In this document: positions 1 to 11,883 of the stretch, piece by piece
Layout: each line of letters opens with the position of its first letter
How positions within the stretch are numbered: position 1 is the stretch's first letter
DNA from: Catajapyx aquilonaris
Taxonomy: Eukaryota
Direction of reading: 5' to 3'
NCBI GenBank assembly: GCA_000934665.2
Contig: KZ538207.1
Coordinates: 1 to 64,000 of the forward strand
DNA length: 64,000 nucleotides
Notes under the pieces: model-generated
Databases searched by the model: none
What the model saw: the letters and a program-made list of their open reading frames with translations, nothing else
Told to the model about the DNA's origin: nothing
Made by a program: the position numbers and the translations under genes

Positions 1-483
1 GCTGCACCTACAGTATAGTTGCGCATATTATTGGAAAGCTAGTGGCATGGTGCACAATCTTCATGTCGTGCATATTTCTGTAGGGAGGACACTTGACTCG
101 TCACCTGCATGGATATCCGCATGGTCCACACTGACATTGCACCTAATTATGTTTGGACAGTGACCTATGACCTCTGTGTCCTTTTCCATAGTCTTAAAAT
201 AATCCTTGATTCACATGGCACACATTTGATCCCCACATAAAAAGACGCCCGAGACTTACTTGTGGAGAAAAATATTGTTTTGTGTTAACGTGTTTTGGGC
301 GCCATTTTTCCAAGATGGCGGCTGAAGCAGCGCAGCTACAAGCGGGGACTTTTGGTCAAATGTAAAGGACACCCATATGAACATGTTAAAACAAAAAAAT
401 CTCGCTAAGGAATTTGTCCGGGGTTCCGACCTTTCTTTCCTGTACGATACTCCACATATACGTTCCAAGATAATGCATGATCC

Positions 484-1305
484 CTTCCAGGATTTATTAC
501 GGAGTGTTCCGCAATAATTTTTATTGGAAGTTGTTCCTCAAAATATCAGATGAAAAAGTGAAACTCTGTTTTGAAATATCTGTCCACTGAGTAGTGAAAA
601 GCAGGCCTCAAAAGTCGTTTGCACTTGAAATGGTGGCCATTTCAAGTGCAAAAAAATCGACTAGATGCACTCAAATGGTTCCGGAATTTTAATATGAATT
701 TTTCTAACAATAGTTGATGGCCACATTGTCACACATTGTTCACAAAAAAATATTATTTGATAAAATAATGCTGGTGGCACAATTTGGCAACACTGCAAAT
801 GGGATATTACACTGTGCAATCGTGCTTGGGCGTAGTTAAAATTTTAATAAATTATCGTTCTTGAACAATATGCGACTCGAAATTATTATTAGTGTCTGAA
901 AAATAAATATTAAAATTACGGAAGCTTCTTAGTGCATGTGTGGCCAAGTTCAAAAAAATATCAAATTCTCAACTTTTGAGCGAAAGTTTTCACTACTTAT
1001 GGGGCATATACAGGGTGGTCCAAGTTCAAGTGTCGTTTTATAACGGCGATTAATAGCAGTGATTTTGCGATGACGTAGCAGCGACGCGTAAAATGTCCCA
1101 CTTCGGCGCAATCGAAGTGGGCAATTTTACACGTCACTGCTACGTCATCGTTAAGCGCTTCTATTAATCGCCGTTATAAAACGACACTTGAACTTGGACC
1201 ACCCTGTATTTTTTTTAAAGTGAGTTTCACTTTTTCAGTTATTATTATGAGAAACAACTTCCAATAATAATTATTTCGGAACTACAGCAATATCAATCCT
1301 GGAAG
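484..1305. mobile_element. Old degenerate inverted-repeat element hosting a younger MITE
   Basis: The left arm 484-600 (cttccaggatttatt...ttattggaagttgttcctca...aaaagtgaaactc...gagtagtgaaaa) is the reverse complement of a right arm split into 987-1010 and 1209-1305. Confidence 0.6.
1011..1206. mobile_element. Tc1/mariner-type MITE (near-perfect 196-bp palindrome)
   Basis: Termini CAGGGTGGTCCAAGTTCAAGTGTCG...CGACACTTGAACTTGGACCACCCTG, flanked by TA on both sides (1009-1010, 1207-1208). Confidence 0.85.
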
Positions 1306-2293
1306 ATATCCTTTGCCAGGTACAATGATGTCGTACTGGTGGCGCCACAAGGTGATGTCGGCAACCGAGAGAATCAAAGTGATGAATTCGCTCTTTTCCC
1401 GCCATCGGCTGGTGGCGCACTGTATTGAACCAATGCCCGATAACACTATGTACATACCTTCTGACAACCCTTTTGAACCTCCTGATACCAGGTATGTTAG
1501 TCCAAGACCTAACCGCGCTCGTGACCATGTCTTTCCAACCTGGCCGCCTCCTTCCAACTGTTTATTATACCTAGAAATTTGGGGAAGTCTTTCCAAAGTA
1601 GTTCTGCGATAACGCGACGTCCACGAGGGGGATTTACTGACGCGCCTTTTTGCGATAATAAAAAAAAACAGCGCACGAAGCTCCACCCCAACATCACATG
1701 ACGCTGAAACTCGACCTTAATCAGATCATAACAAGGTACAAACATGATACGGATGTCTCACCTTATACCCCCAGCATATTGGATTTTTTTTTTTTTTTTG
1801 CGACGGAAAAACACGAGTATATTGACATTTACACTGACCTCCATTTGAAGTGTCAACCCTTGGGGAGCGTGCGTCTGGACCGAGAATCCTGACAAGTCTA
1901 CCAGAAATAGAGAGGGCATCAGCTTCAAGACTTTGAGGTGGTGGTGGTGGTGGTGGTTGGTGAGAGACGAGGGGGGCAAGTTTGCAATTCCCAGCCAACT
2001 TGGACGAGATTCAAAACGCCTTCAAACAGGTAGTAAAAATCGTTGAGTTTGGACCGCGTCTCGCTAATTTTTTTTAAAAACATTTTCTTTCGTGCACGCG
2101 GGATCGCGAGGCGCAATTTCGCACGCTGCCCCACCTTTGAAGTCTCAGCTGCTATCAAAGGTGTGGTCCACAATGTCAATCAAAGTCTGCTCAAAGGGAT
2201 GTACTCCGGATGTACTGTACTACTACTTGCTAAAAATTTAGCTAATCTAATGTGAACACATGGATGGCAACTAGTGAACCACTTGCTAAAATT

Positions 2294-3778
2294 TGGCAAC
2301 ACTGCCCAGCCAGCCACACACTTTGAATACGCAAAAACTAGATGGCGCGCATCCTACCTCTCTGCGCACTACTCCGCCAAGTGGTGACTACGGTAACTAC
2401 ATGCACCTAGGTGATGAGTCGACGCCTATCCAATTCTAAACACGAAAAATATATTTAAAAAAATATGCTCCCCCAGCCATGTCATACTCCAAGGTATGAC
2501 CTCCACTTGTCATCAAGTACCAGCAAATAAACCGGATCGGGATCAAGTGGCTGTCGGCTTGATATAAACCCTCTATTTACTGGCCCAACTCCATAAAGTG
2601 ACGGCACAGCTGGCGCCCTCACCCGACCAAAGAAATAAAAACTTTTTGTAGCGCCCCCCCAAGGAACAACATGCATTTTCGTGCAGCGGTCATCGTCTTG
2701 AGTGCAAAATGCTATCGGGGACTTGCAAAGAAGGGGGGGAGTTAAACCACGTAAAAAAAAAAAAAAGGAGGAACTGTTCGTGTGCGAATGACCTTAAAGG
2801 GGTTTTTGATGGGTGGATATATAATGTAGGTAGAGGCCATTGCACTGGCGGCGTCCGTCGGTTGCTGAACCTGCTGTTTGTCAGCTACCTGTTGCAGACT
2901 CACGCGACCCGAAAGGGGACAGATATATATTTCGGATCGCCATAATTGCGTGATGTAGTTACCTTTTTAGGATATATCCAAATACTAGTAGCTGGCAACA
3001 CTGCCCAGCCCAACTGGACGTAGGACGTACTGCCACTACCAGATGGCGCACACTACTGCTGCTGTCAGGGAGCAAGCAGTACTACATGCACGTTGGTGAT
3101 GAGTCAAAGCTCGGAAAAAGGTCATTTAACCTGTTGTACCATAAACCGTGTACCGTGTAAACCAGCGTTACCGCCGTAAACCGTTGTACCGTAACTACTT
3201 GTACAGTACATGCACATAGGTCATAAGCCCACTCGTATAAAAGGGACAGAGTCACACCTAGCCAATTCTGAATATAAGCTGGTACTCACCCAATAGTTTA
3301 GGATGTGGCGGCAGATCCGCAACTGGGGTCTCCTCCTCCTCCGATTGTCTTGTGGTGTGTTCCCCTTCGTGATTGGGGGTTTTTTAAGTTTTATTATCCT
3401 ATTGGTCAGTTTTTCTGTTGGGTCCTGAATTTGTACGTTCGTTCTCCTCCTCCTCCTTCCAGATATGGGCGATGTATCACATGAGGATCTGGAAGCCCTG
3501 AGTCAATAAGTTGTGGCCCATCTGTTTCCACGCTACTGCCAGTTCCAGCCGCATCTTAAATCTGTTCTGTCCAGCCTGGAAAGATAGAAAGGTTATACAG
3601 TACTCGATTATTACACTTGAACCAGAGTGAACCAGTCGCCAAAACTGGGATGCAGTACAAAAGGACACTACCAGATGGCGCATACTACTGCCACTATCAA
3701 TTGAAAAGTAGTACTACATGCACATTGGTGATGAGTCATTGGATAGACAGAGTCTCGCATAGCCAATTCTATATAAGA
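2294..3778 (+). promoter_or_regulatory. Three dispersed copies of a promoter/insulator-like cassette
   Basis: Copies at ~2294-2420, ~2993-3106 and ~3667-3738 share (C/T)AGATGGCGC and ACTACATGCAC..GGTGATGAGTC. The first two also carry TGGCAACACTGCCCAGCC. ACAGAGTC..AGCCAATTCT..ATATAAG occurs at ~3246-3278 and ~3747-3777. Confidence 0.5.
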
Positions 3779-6700
3779 TCATTCCACTGGTCACATGCTA
3801 CTCGAAATTCACACACTTCTACAATAATAAAATTCCCAAAATCCACCGGATTTCCTTCTAAATATGAACTCCATATACTCCAGTGCTCTCTTGAATTATT
3901 CAGCAGAGTGTAAAACACAGAATTAGCCAACCCGGCTAGAAACTTCTATGCACGCAAAGGTCTTCCCCTAATTATTTCTCCCACCATAATCTTGACCACT
4001 CATCCATTTTAGCCCCAGAATATACGCACGACAAAAAAAAGAGACAATTTGGACACAATTTTTTTGCGCGCAAAAGCCTAACCTCCATTCGTCTCTTTTC
4101 CTCGACCTGTGCCAACATTTTGCATGTGGTACACTACTCTTAGAGAATGTACTGTACACAGGTGGCTTTCGTCACAAGCTCACACATTGTCTGTTGGATC
4201 TTCTCCAAAAATGTCCGCACGTCACTAAGTTCGCCCCGAAAAAAACGTATCTGCGGAATCAAGATTGGCCATTGCATAAGTACTTGCGCAACAATACACT
4301 ATTATTAAACCAGCCATTAATTAATCCTGTTGCACACCACCTGTCAACTCGATTAATTACCATAATTCACGAAAAGAGATGGGGGCTTGATCAATATAAT
4401 TGGAGACCAGGGAGCTGCCGTCGTCAGGTCTATTTGAGGACGGATGTCGTTCAGTGAATTTTAAATGACCGTCCGGCATTATTTCAAATTCCAGCTTCCT
4501 AGGCTGTGGGGCTCCCCACATCCAGACTGGCTGGCCATCCAATAATTGGGATCTGGTGCATAACGCTGGGGAAAAGGAATGGCGCTGCAGAGAGAACAAA
4601 TATTACTGGAGCAGAGACAGCGGCCTGGAAAACTCAAGAATTATAGATCAGCCTAAAAATAAACCTGACTGTGTGTAATTAGAGCTATACGCTTGCACGT
4701 GCGGTGAGTTAAATTGATGCCGGTCGAAGCCTCACCATTACTATTTATCAGGAAAAAAGGAGGCACTCCATGCGGTTAATAATGTAAAGCCGCACTTTAC
4801 ATTGCATATGCATGCAGGGCTATGAATCACCCTACAGGAATAACAATTCGCATGGCATCCTCCAATTAGGATGGCGTTTAGTTCAATAAGTAAAAGGTCT
4901 GTTAATTAATAAATGGGATGTGCCATACTTGGACTTCAGACCATTCGTAGCGATGAGCAGGTGAGAGCTGGAAAAGAATGTGGACTTTGGAGTCAGTGGC
5001 TCGGATCGCTGCCCCAATATTGTTGTCAGCCGCATAACGTGCAGACCTGACCTCCAGTGAAAACCAGCAATGTGGAAAAATTTGACCAACAAAAAAAAAA
5101 GGATGGAATGTAGACTCATTCAGAAAAAAGAGAAACCTGTTACATGAAGCAAAATCTAGCCAGAAATTAATTTAACGGGATGAAAACGCAAGCTCATCAT
5201 GGAAATAATGACGGTTGAGTAACCACTGCGTTGGAGCAACCCAAAAAAAAAGTATATGCACAGAAAAATAAGGCAAATTTCATAACAACAGGCATGATTG
5301 TACACAAAACAGCTTTTTTTTTTCACTGCCAAGGTCGACATGCAATTCTGATCCGCAAGATTCCAACTCACCAAGCAATTGCAACACAACTGCATAACCC
5401 CCCTCCCCCCAAATAAAAAATTCCTAGGGGTTTATATACTTTAGGAAACTGCAAGTGACGCAAACTACAGAATAGTTTAGAGGCAGTGAGCTATCCTGAT
5501 AGGTGACATATGTCCTTGGCTTACATAACACAAGCCAATTAGTTTTACGCTCCTGCCATCAAGCCTTTTTTTTTTCACAGGTTGGTTGAAACGCATTCCT
5601 TCGACTGATGTAGCAAGGATTACAGAAAACATGAAGAATGATTATTTTTATCTGAAGGTTTTCGCTGGAAACAATAATGGTTTCAGAGGTAACGTTGGAC
5701 AATTCTTTAAAAAATTACAAAGGGTACATTCCAATTGCTTCCGGCCGTCATTCGCAATTTTGTTAAATTAAATGCGAAGTGGTACACCTCGGTTTGAGCA
5801 ATCGCTTTCGCAATTAATTCTACTTTCACTTTTATGGGCGACCATATCATACAACTTGGCGCCAGTAATCTTAGTTGTCAAACCGAAATTAGTGTCATAC
5901 TAAGTACTATAATCCTTGCTAGTGTCACTTATTGCAGATACCACCAATAAAGCTATCTGTAATTGCTCATGCATGCGAGTCGTCAAATGGAAATGGGAAC
6001 AAACGAGAAAATATTTGCGCGGAACGTAACTAATGCCAGGTGCACCTCATGGAATATTTATTACGAGGGGGATAACAATCAGACACTGACCACAAGGCCA
6101 TGCCGAATGGTGTTATCAACAACTTTGTCTCCTTCACACGGCGGCTAATGGGAAATCTGATTTTGCTAACAGACAAGGTTAAAATATTTGCAACAATCTT
6201 AATGTGTGTAGGGGGCAATGCGAGTATTTGCATTAGGTACACACACTGCCGAAGAATAACGAACTTTATCTCCGGGACTAAGTGCATTAAAAGTAACCCC
6301 AGCACTTGCTCTGTACAAGTGCATAATTGACACAGGATTCTAACTGATAAGCAATAAAATGGAAACGTGGAAACAGGAAGAGTTGGTGATAACAAAAACA
6401 GGAAGCCAAGCTTTCCACAATGGAGTGGAAGCCTGCTAATTTGCCAGCAGAAAATGCTCTTTGCTGTGTAATGAATTCATGTTACTTTCCCCTGCTTTTA
6501 GAGCTTGTGTGTTTTTGCCACATTTCCTCTGCTCCGTTACGACTCTTACTGCACGTCTCCTTGGCTTGCTCCGGTCCTTTTACACAATCAAGGTTCACAC
6601 CACCTGCTTTTATAGTCCGAGGCCTGCTGCTCCTTACTGTGAAAATTATAATCGATATGTTCCCCCTAAAAATGGCCAATAGGCCAGCTAATGGGGTAGA

Positions 6701-7489
6701 ATAAATAAAAAATAAATAAAATAAAATAAATAATCGATATGTACTATGCAGAGTACGCAGCTGAAACGGTCAATAATTGGATTTTATCAAAGACAAATGT
6801 TGATTCTGTCATGAATGTTGTTCAGTGTCAACATAATCCTCATTGAACGTGAAATCTGATGATCAACACTCGGGACGGCAATACTGTTCCAGGCAACCGA
6901 ATAGTGGACCAGTGCTGCGAAAACGACCCTACACAAATAAACTGGGCCTGAACTACTTGTACTGTAAGAATGTTCACTTGCAATCAATTGCGTAAGGTGC
7001 GGTCAGCTTTATCTGATAAAAAGTACGCACATTACTGATTCAACAAGCGAGTAGTACTGACACTGATAGTGTTTGGGGCCATTGTTAGGTCGTCGTAATG
7101 TCAGCTCCCTTTTTCCTACTGAAGTAGTCAATAGCATTTACACACACATTATCATCACCCTGCAAATATTACCTCCCTTCGTGATTTGTCACGTTGTCGT
7201 TGAATGTCACATGTTGTTGACGCATCAAAATTTTAACCCTACCGGTGTGGCTGGATTGCGTAGTTTGTTTTGTGTTTGTGTGCGATTAGTATTTATGGAG
7301 TGATCTTGGATTAGATTCCCCAGATACAATATCGCCAGCCCAAACCCACCTGATCGCATGTCAGCATGGCCAGTCCCACGTTTAATCAGTTTCTGCCTTT
7401 CTCGGTATAAACAACATCAAAGATAACGCAACCTGCGGACAAATCATTCCAACAGTACGGCCAGCACTTCTTTTGACTTCTGAACTGTT

Positions 7490-8190
7490 CAAAAGAGCTT
7501 TTAAAGCCTGACTTTAGATTAGAAGTGTCTGAATAAACTTCTAAAGTCTGATTACAGATTCTCTATAAAATGTTTTAATGAACTTATTGTAGACTGATGA
7601 GCTGCTTTAGAAGTGTTCGAATGAGCTTTTGAAGTCTGACTACAATAATGGTTCTTAAAATATGTTCTAATGATCTTTTACAGCTTGATGATGGAAATGT
7701 GCGTTAGAAGCGTTCGAATTAGCTTTTAAAGCATGCTTTGCTGCAAATGTGCTTTAGACGTTCGTAAGTGTGCCCCAGTAAGCGTTAGAATCGTTCAAAT
7801 GAACTATTGTACAGTAGGGACAACATAACTCATGCGTTTTGGGAGGTGGCTTGTGTCGTTGGCAACCATATCTATCCCCGCCCCCTACCGGTCGACCAAT
7901 CAGGTTGCGATTTCAAAAAGAGATGGGCGTTATGTTCTAAAACTGCAAGAATGAGTTTGTTTACACTAACACAATTGGTAACCAAACAGGGTTGAAATAT
8001 TTCCCCACTGTTCTAAATTCCATATTTTAAAAAAACTCAGCAGGGGGGCGGGGCTAACTATGGTTGCCTAGGACACAAGCCACCTCCCAAAACGCACAAG
8101 TTAGCTTACCCCACACTGTAGTGAAACTGCTGTTCGAATGCGCTTTTAAAGCCAGTTTGAGTGCAAGTGTTGCTTTAGAAGCTCCTTTGA
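7490..8190. repeat. Degenerate tandem repeat array interrupted by a MITE
   Basis: Recurring gagctttt(a/g)aag(t/c)ctga...ttagaag(t/c)gttcgaat motifs at 7490-7805 resume after 8120. Confidence 0.5.
7812..8118. mobile_element. Tc1/pogo-type MITE
   Basis: Inverted arms (tgcgttttgggaggtggcttgtgtc..ggcaaccata / tatggttgcc..gacacaagccacctcccaaaacgca), CAGT...ACTG ends and TA flanks. Confidence 0.75.
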
Positions 8191-9063
8191 ACACAGGCTG
8201 TCCCGTGTAAACAGAACCTCCTCCTCCTTCCAGTCCATTAACCCCTGTCCAAAATATTCGAACATTCCTTACCGAGAAGGGGTGGTCAGACAGAGAGGCC
8301 GGCATCCATTTTGGTCACTATTTCGCCCCGCAATCCTTGGCTGGGTGCACGACAGTGGACGCGACGGACAACCTTTCCCTTCCCTTCCTTATCTGTGGGC
8401 CTGGCAGTTCCAAACTGGGCAGAGCGGCTGTGCGACGTTCCCGGAAAGAGCCATCTTGGATTCTCTAGTTGGGGGTGTGTGTGTTTTTTTGCGCCTCTTT
8501 TTTTTTTTAAGTGTGTGTGTTTATGACCAGGTGATTGGGGGAGGGAGGGTTGATCACATGGGACCCGGACCAGGTTTGGTCACGAGCGGAAACACTTTCC
8601 GTTTGTTAATAAAAGATGATGGAAAAAAAAATAGTGGGGGAAGGCGCGGCTGGAGGGAGATGGAAAAAGTGGGAGGAGGGGAGGAGAGAAAGACGAGCTC
8701 TGATTGGTTCTCCCTCCCTTCCCCCAACAGGTGTTTGAGCTGCAAAAAAAAAGGAGGGGGGGCAGGTAGTTGGACGGATGGCCGCATGGTGGCACTGGAG
8801 GGCTGAACGTGGCAGATACTGACATCTAGCGAGACACCCGGCTACTGCATCAACTACGCAGAATTTTCAGCAGCTTATTCAAATTCATAATTACTGTGTA
8901 GCTAATTGCAATGTGTACATTAGTAATGTAACCGAAGTGCACGATATTACTATCGCATTAATTGTTGTTTTACATTTAGTAGTTATATCGGCTATCATTG
9001 TGTTGATAGTAATGTATTTGGCCGTTACATCTAATAGCTATTTATTGGTTAAATACGTTTTTA

Positions 9064-9291
9064 CAGAGGTGGGCACAGCTAACTTTCGATAACAGCTATA
9101 ACTTGCTCAGCAAAACCATGGACATCACCAAATCCCTAATGCTTAACAGCTAGAAATGTTAGTGGAAACCCCCCCTAATCATTCTAGCTGTTTATCATTA
9201 GCAATTAAGCGCTGCCCACGGCTTACTAACCGAATTAGCTGTTAGCGGAAGTTAGCTGAGCTAAAAATTTCGGTTAGCTTGCCCAGCTCTG
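9064..9291. mobile_element. hAT-like MITE
   Basis: Termini CAGAGGTGGGCA...TGCCCAGCTCTG, internal AGCTAA repeats, and a degenerate TSD-like flank (tacgttttta / tacgttta). Confidence 0.55.
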
Positions 9292-9299
9292 TACGTTTA

Positions 9300-9825
9300 A
9301 TGGTTACTCATTGGCTATTATCGTACGTTTTAAACTTTTAATAGTTACCGGTACTTATTGGCTATTATCGTGCGTTTTAATAGTTACCGGTTCTTATTGG
9401 CTATTATCGTGTTTTAAATTAAAACACGATAATAGCACACGACAATAAGTACCGGTAACTATTAAAACGTACGATAATAGCCAATGAGTACCGGTAACTA
9501 TTAAAACTTTTAATAGTTACCGGTACTTATTGGCTATTATCGTACGTTTTAATAGTTATTGGTACTTATTGGCTATTATCGTGTTTTATTAGTTACCGGT
9601 ACTTATTGGCTATTATCGTGTTTTAATAGTTACCGGTACTTAACTTCTTATTGGCTATTATCGTGCGTTTTATTAGTTACCGGTACATATTGGCTATTAT
9701 CGTACGTTTTAATAGTTACCAGTACTTATTGGCTGTTATCGTACCGGTACGTTTAAATAGTTACTTATTGGTTGTTATCGTACGTTTTCATAGTTACTTG
9801 TTGGTTATTATCGTACGTTTTTAGT
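9300..9825. repeat. ~39-bp minisatellite with an internal inverted block
   Basis: The unit aatagttaccggtacttattggctattatcgt(a/g)cgtttt is repeated in tandem; about two units at 9421-9506 are in reverse orientation. Confidence 0.9.
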
Positions 9826-10132
9826 AGTTGCTACAGCCCTTCCACACCGCATCCCGCCGTCGACCCCAGTTCCTCACGGCATTCAGCTGCGACAGGACCC
9901 GATTGGCAGCCAGGCAGAAGTGGTTGAATTCTGCCATCTACTTGGCCACCAAAGCCTTATTCCCTATACATTATTATCATAATTATCTGCAGTATAAAGT
10001 ATTGATGAAAGGAAAGCCGCAAAGTCCAGGGGAGGGCGACATGTAGGTAATGTCAAGTATAGGTTTTTTAAAGTCAAGACTTTGGCTACCCCATGCACAC
10101 AATGCTGACACCCTAATGATTAATGCCGTTGA

Positions 10133-10138
10133 TTTATT
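10133..10138 (-). terminator. Candidate polyadenylation signal of xylose isomerase
   Basis: AATAAA on the minus strand ~35 nt after the TAA stop. Confidence 0.5.
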
Positions 10139-10171
10139 GCCAGTTTTCCTTCAATGAGCAATCATTGCTTC

Positions 10172-11883
10172 TTAGAGGTAGGCATTGAGGATGCTCTCCC
10201 AGTGTTCCTGTCGTCCAGACGTTACCGGAACATTGTTAATTTTTTTCATGTGTTCTTCACAGTCTTCCAGGGTGGCCACCCCTTTCTCAATCCGCTGGCC
10301 TAGGTCTCTGTCATAGCTGCTGTAACGCATCTGAAAATAAGTTCAATTAAATTAATGCTTTTTATGAAGAGTAACATAGCAATGATGAGCAAATGACATG
10401 TCGCACCTTCAACCCATTGGAGAACACCTTGTCTGAAATGATCCTAGAAGCATTCAGAAGGCCTCGAGCAAAGGTGTCCATGGCACCAATGTGAGCCACA
10501 AACAAATCCTTCAGCTCAGGCGACTCCCTCCTGACCTTTGCGTCAAAGTTGAGTCCACCAGGCATGAGCCCTCCCTGCTCCATCACAATCTTCATAACAA
10601 GGGTGGCATTACGAATGTCAGTCGGAAACTGGTCCGTGTCCCAGCCCAAGTCGGGGCTGCCAGTATTCGCATCAATTGATCCAAGCATGCCAAACCTAAG
10701 CGGAAAAACGCAGGCGATAATGACAGTACTTCAAGTCCTCAGAATCGTAACGTACGCTGATGCCATTGCAATGTCATGCTCGTATCCATGTCCGGCCAAC
10801 ATGGTGTGGTTGGGCTCAATATTGAGTTTGAAGTGCTTCTGCAAACCAAACTGATGAAGAAAAGCCATAGTCGTACAAGCATCGTAGTCATACTGGTGCT
10901 TCATAGGCTCTTTTGGCTTTGGCTCGATAAGCAGCTGTCCCTTGAAGCCAATCTTCTCCTTGTACGCTGGAGAAAAGTGCGGAAATGTCAGTTGTGCACG
11001 TTTGTAAATGCACTGGTGGTCATATCCTTACCCACAACCATCTGAAAGAAGTTGGCCATATGGCCCACCTCACGTCTGAGGTCAGTGTTGAGCAGGGTCT
11101 GATATCCCTCTCTCCCGCCCCAGAACACAAAATTTTCCGCATCCAGTTTCTTTGCAACTTCCAGCCCTTTCTTCACCTGGGCACCTGCATAAGCAAACCC
11201 GCTCGAGTCCGGGTTGGTGGCGGCCCCATTGGTGTATCGGGAATGAGAGAAAAGGTTGCATGTGGCCCACAAGCAACGAACGCCATGTTTCTGCTGGAGC
11301 TTTAGAGTCAAATCTATCATCTGATCCAGGTTGGAATTGGTCTCCTCCAGATCCTTCCCTTCCGGAGCAATGTCGCGGTCATGGAATGTCCAGTACTTCA
11401 CACCTGTTGGAAGATAATTGTTATCAGCTGCTGCACTCAATGGCTGCTAATGTATACTTACCTAATTTGCTGAAGAACTCAAAAGCAGCCTGCATCCTGC
11501 GGCTGTAGTTGTCCAAACTCTCCGTGCCGTCATCCCAAGGTCGGGAGAATACCGGAGACAAACCAAACGGATCGGCACCTATGTGCACAAGTCATTGCTT
11601 GAGATCCAACAACCAATATAATTATTTTCATGTTAAGTATAGCAATAATTACCTGTCCCTCTGAACGTATGCCAGAAGCAAACCGAAAACCGCAACCATT
11701 CTTCCATGGTCTTGCCCATAACCACCTTCTCAGGCTGGTAGTAGCGGAAACACATCGTTTCTTCCCGATCGGCATCCTCCCTGAACTCAATCTTGCCTAT
11801 ACCTAAATCAAGAAAATGGAGATCAGCACAGCTCCGTATTCACAAAATCATGTGTACTCACCAGCGAAATATTCTTCCGACAT
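10172..11883 (-). CDS. xylA: Xylose isomerase, class II (7 exons, 439 aa)
   Basis: Exons 11883-11862, 11802-11653, 11578-11462, 11403-11032, 10966-10756, 10695-10407 and 10330-10172 total 1320 nt in frame; six GT-AG introns of 58-76 bp. Motifs: [80 protein letters not shown]. Confidence 0.95.

Noticed and set aside
1..141. Possible minus-strand exon at the window edge
   Set aside because: All three frames hit stops and no family is recognisable.
9300..9825. CRISPR-like array
   Set aside because: The units abut with no unique spacers, the context is eukaryotic and there are no cas genes.
10172..11883. Bacterial contamination as the source of xylA
   Set aside because: It has six spliceosomal introns and is contiguous with animal genes.
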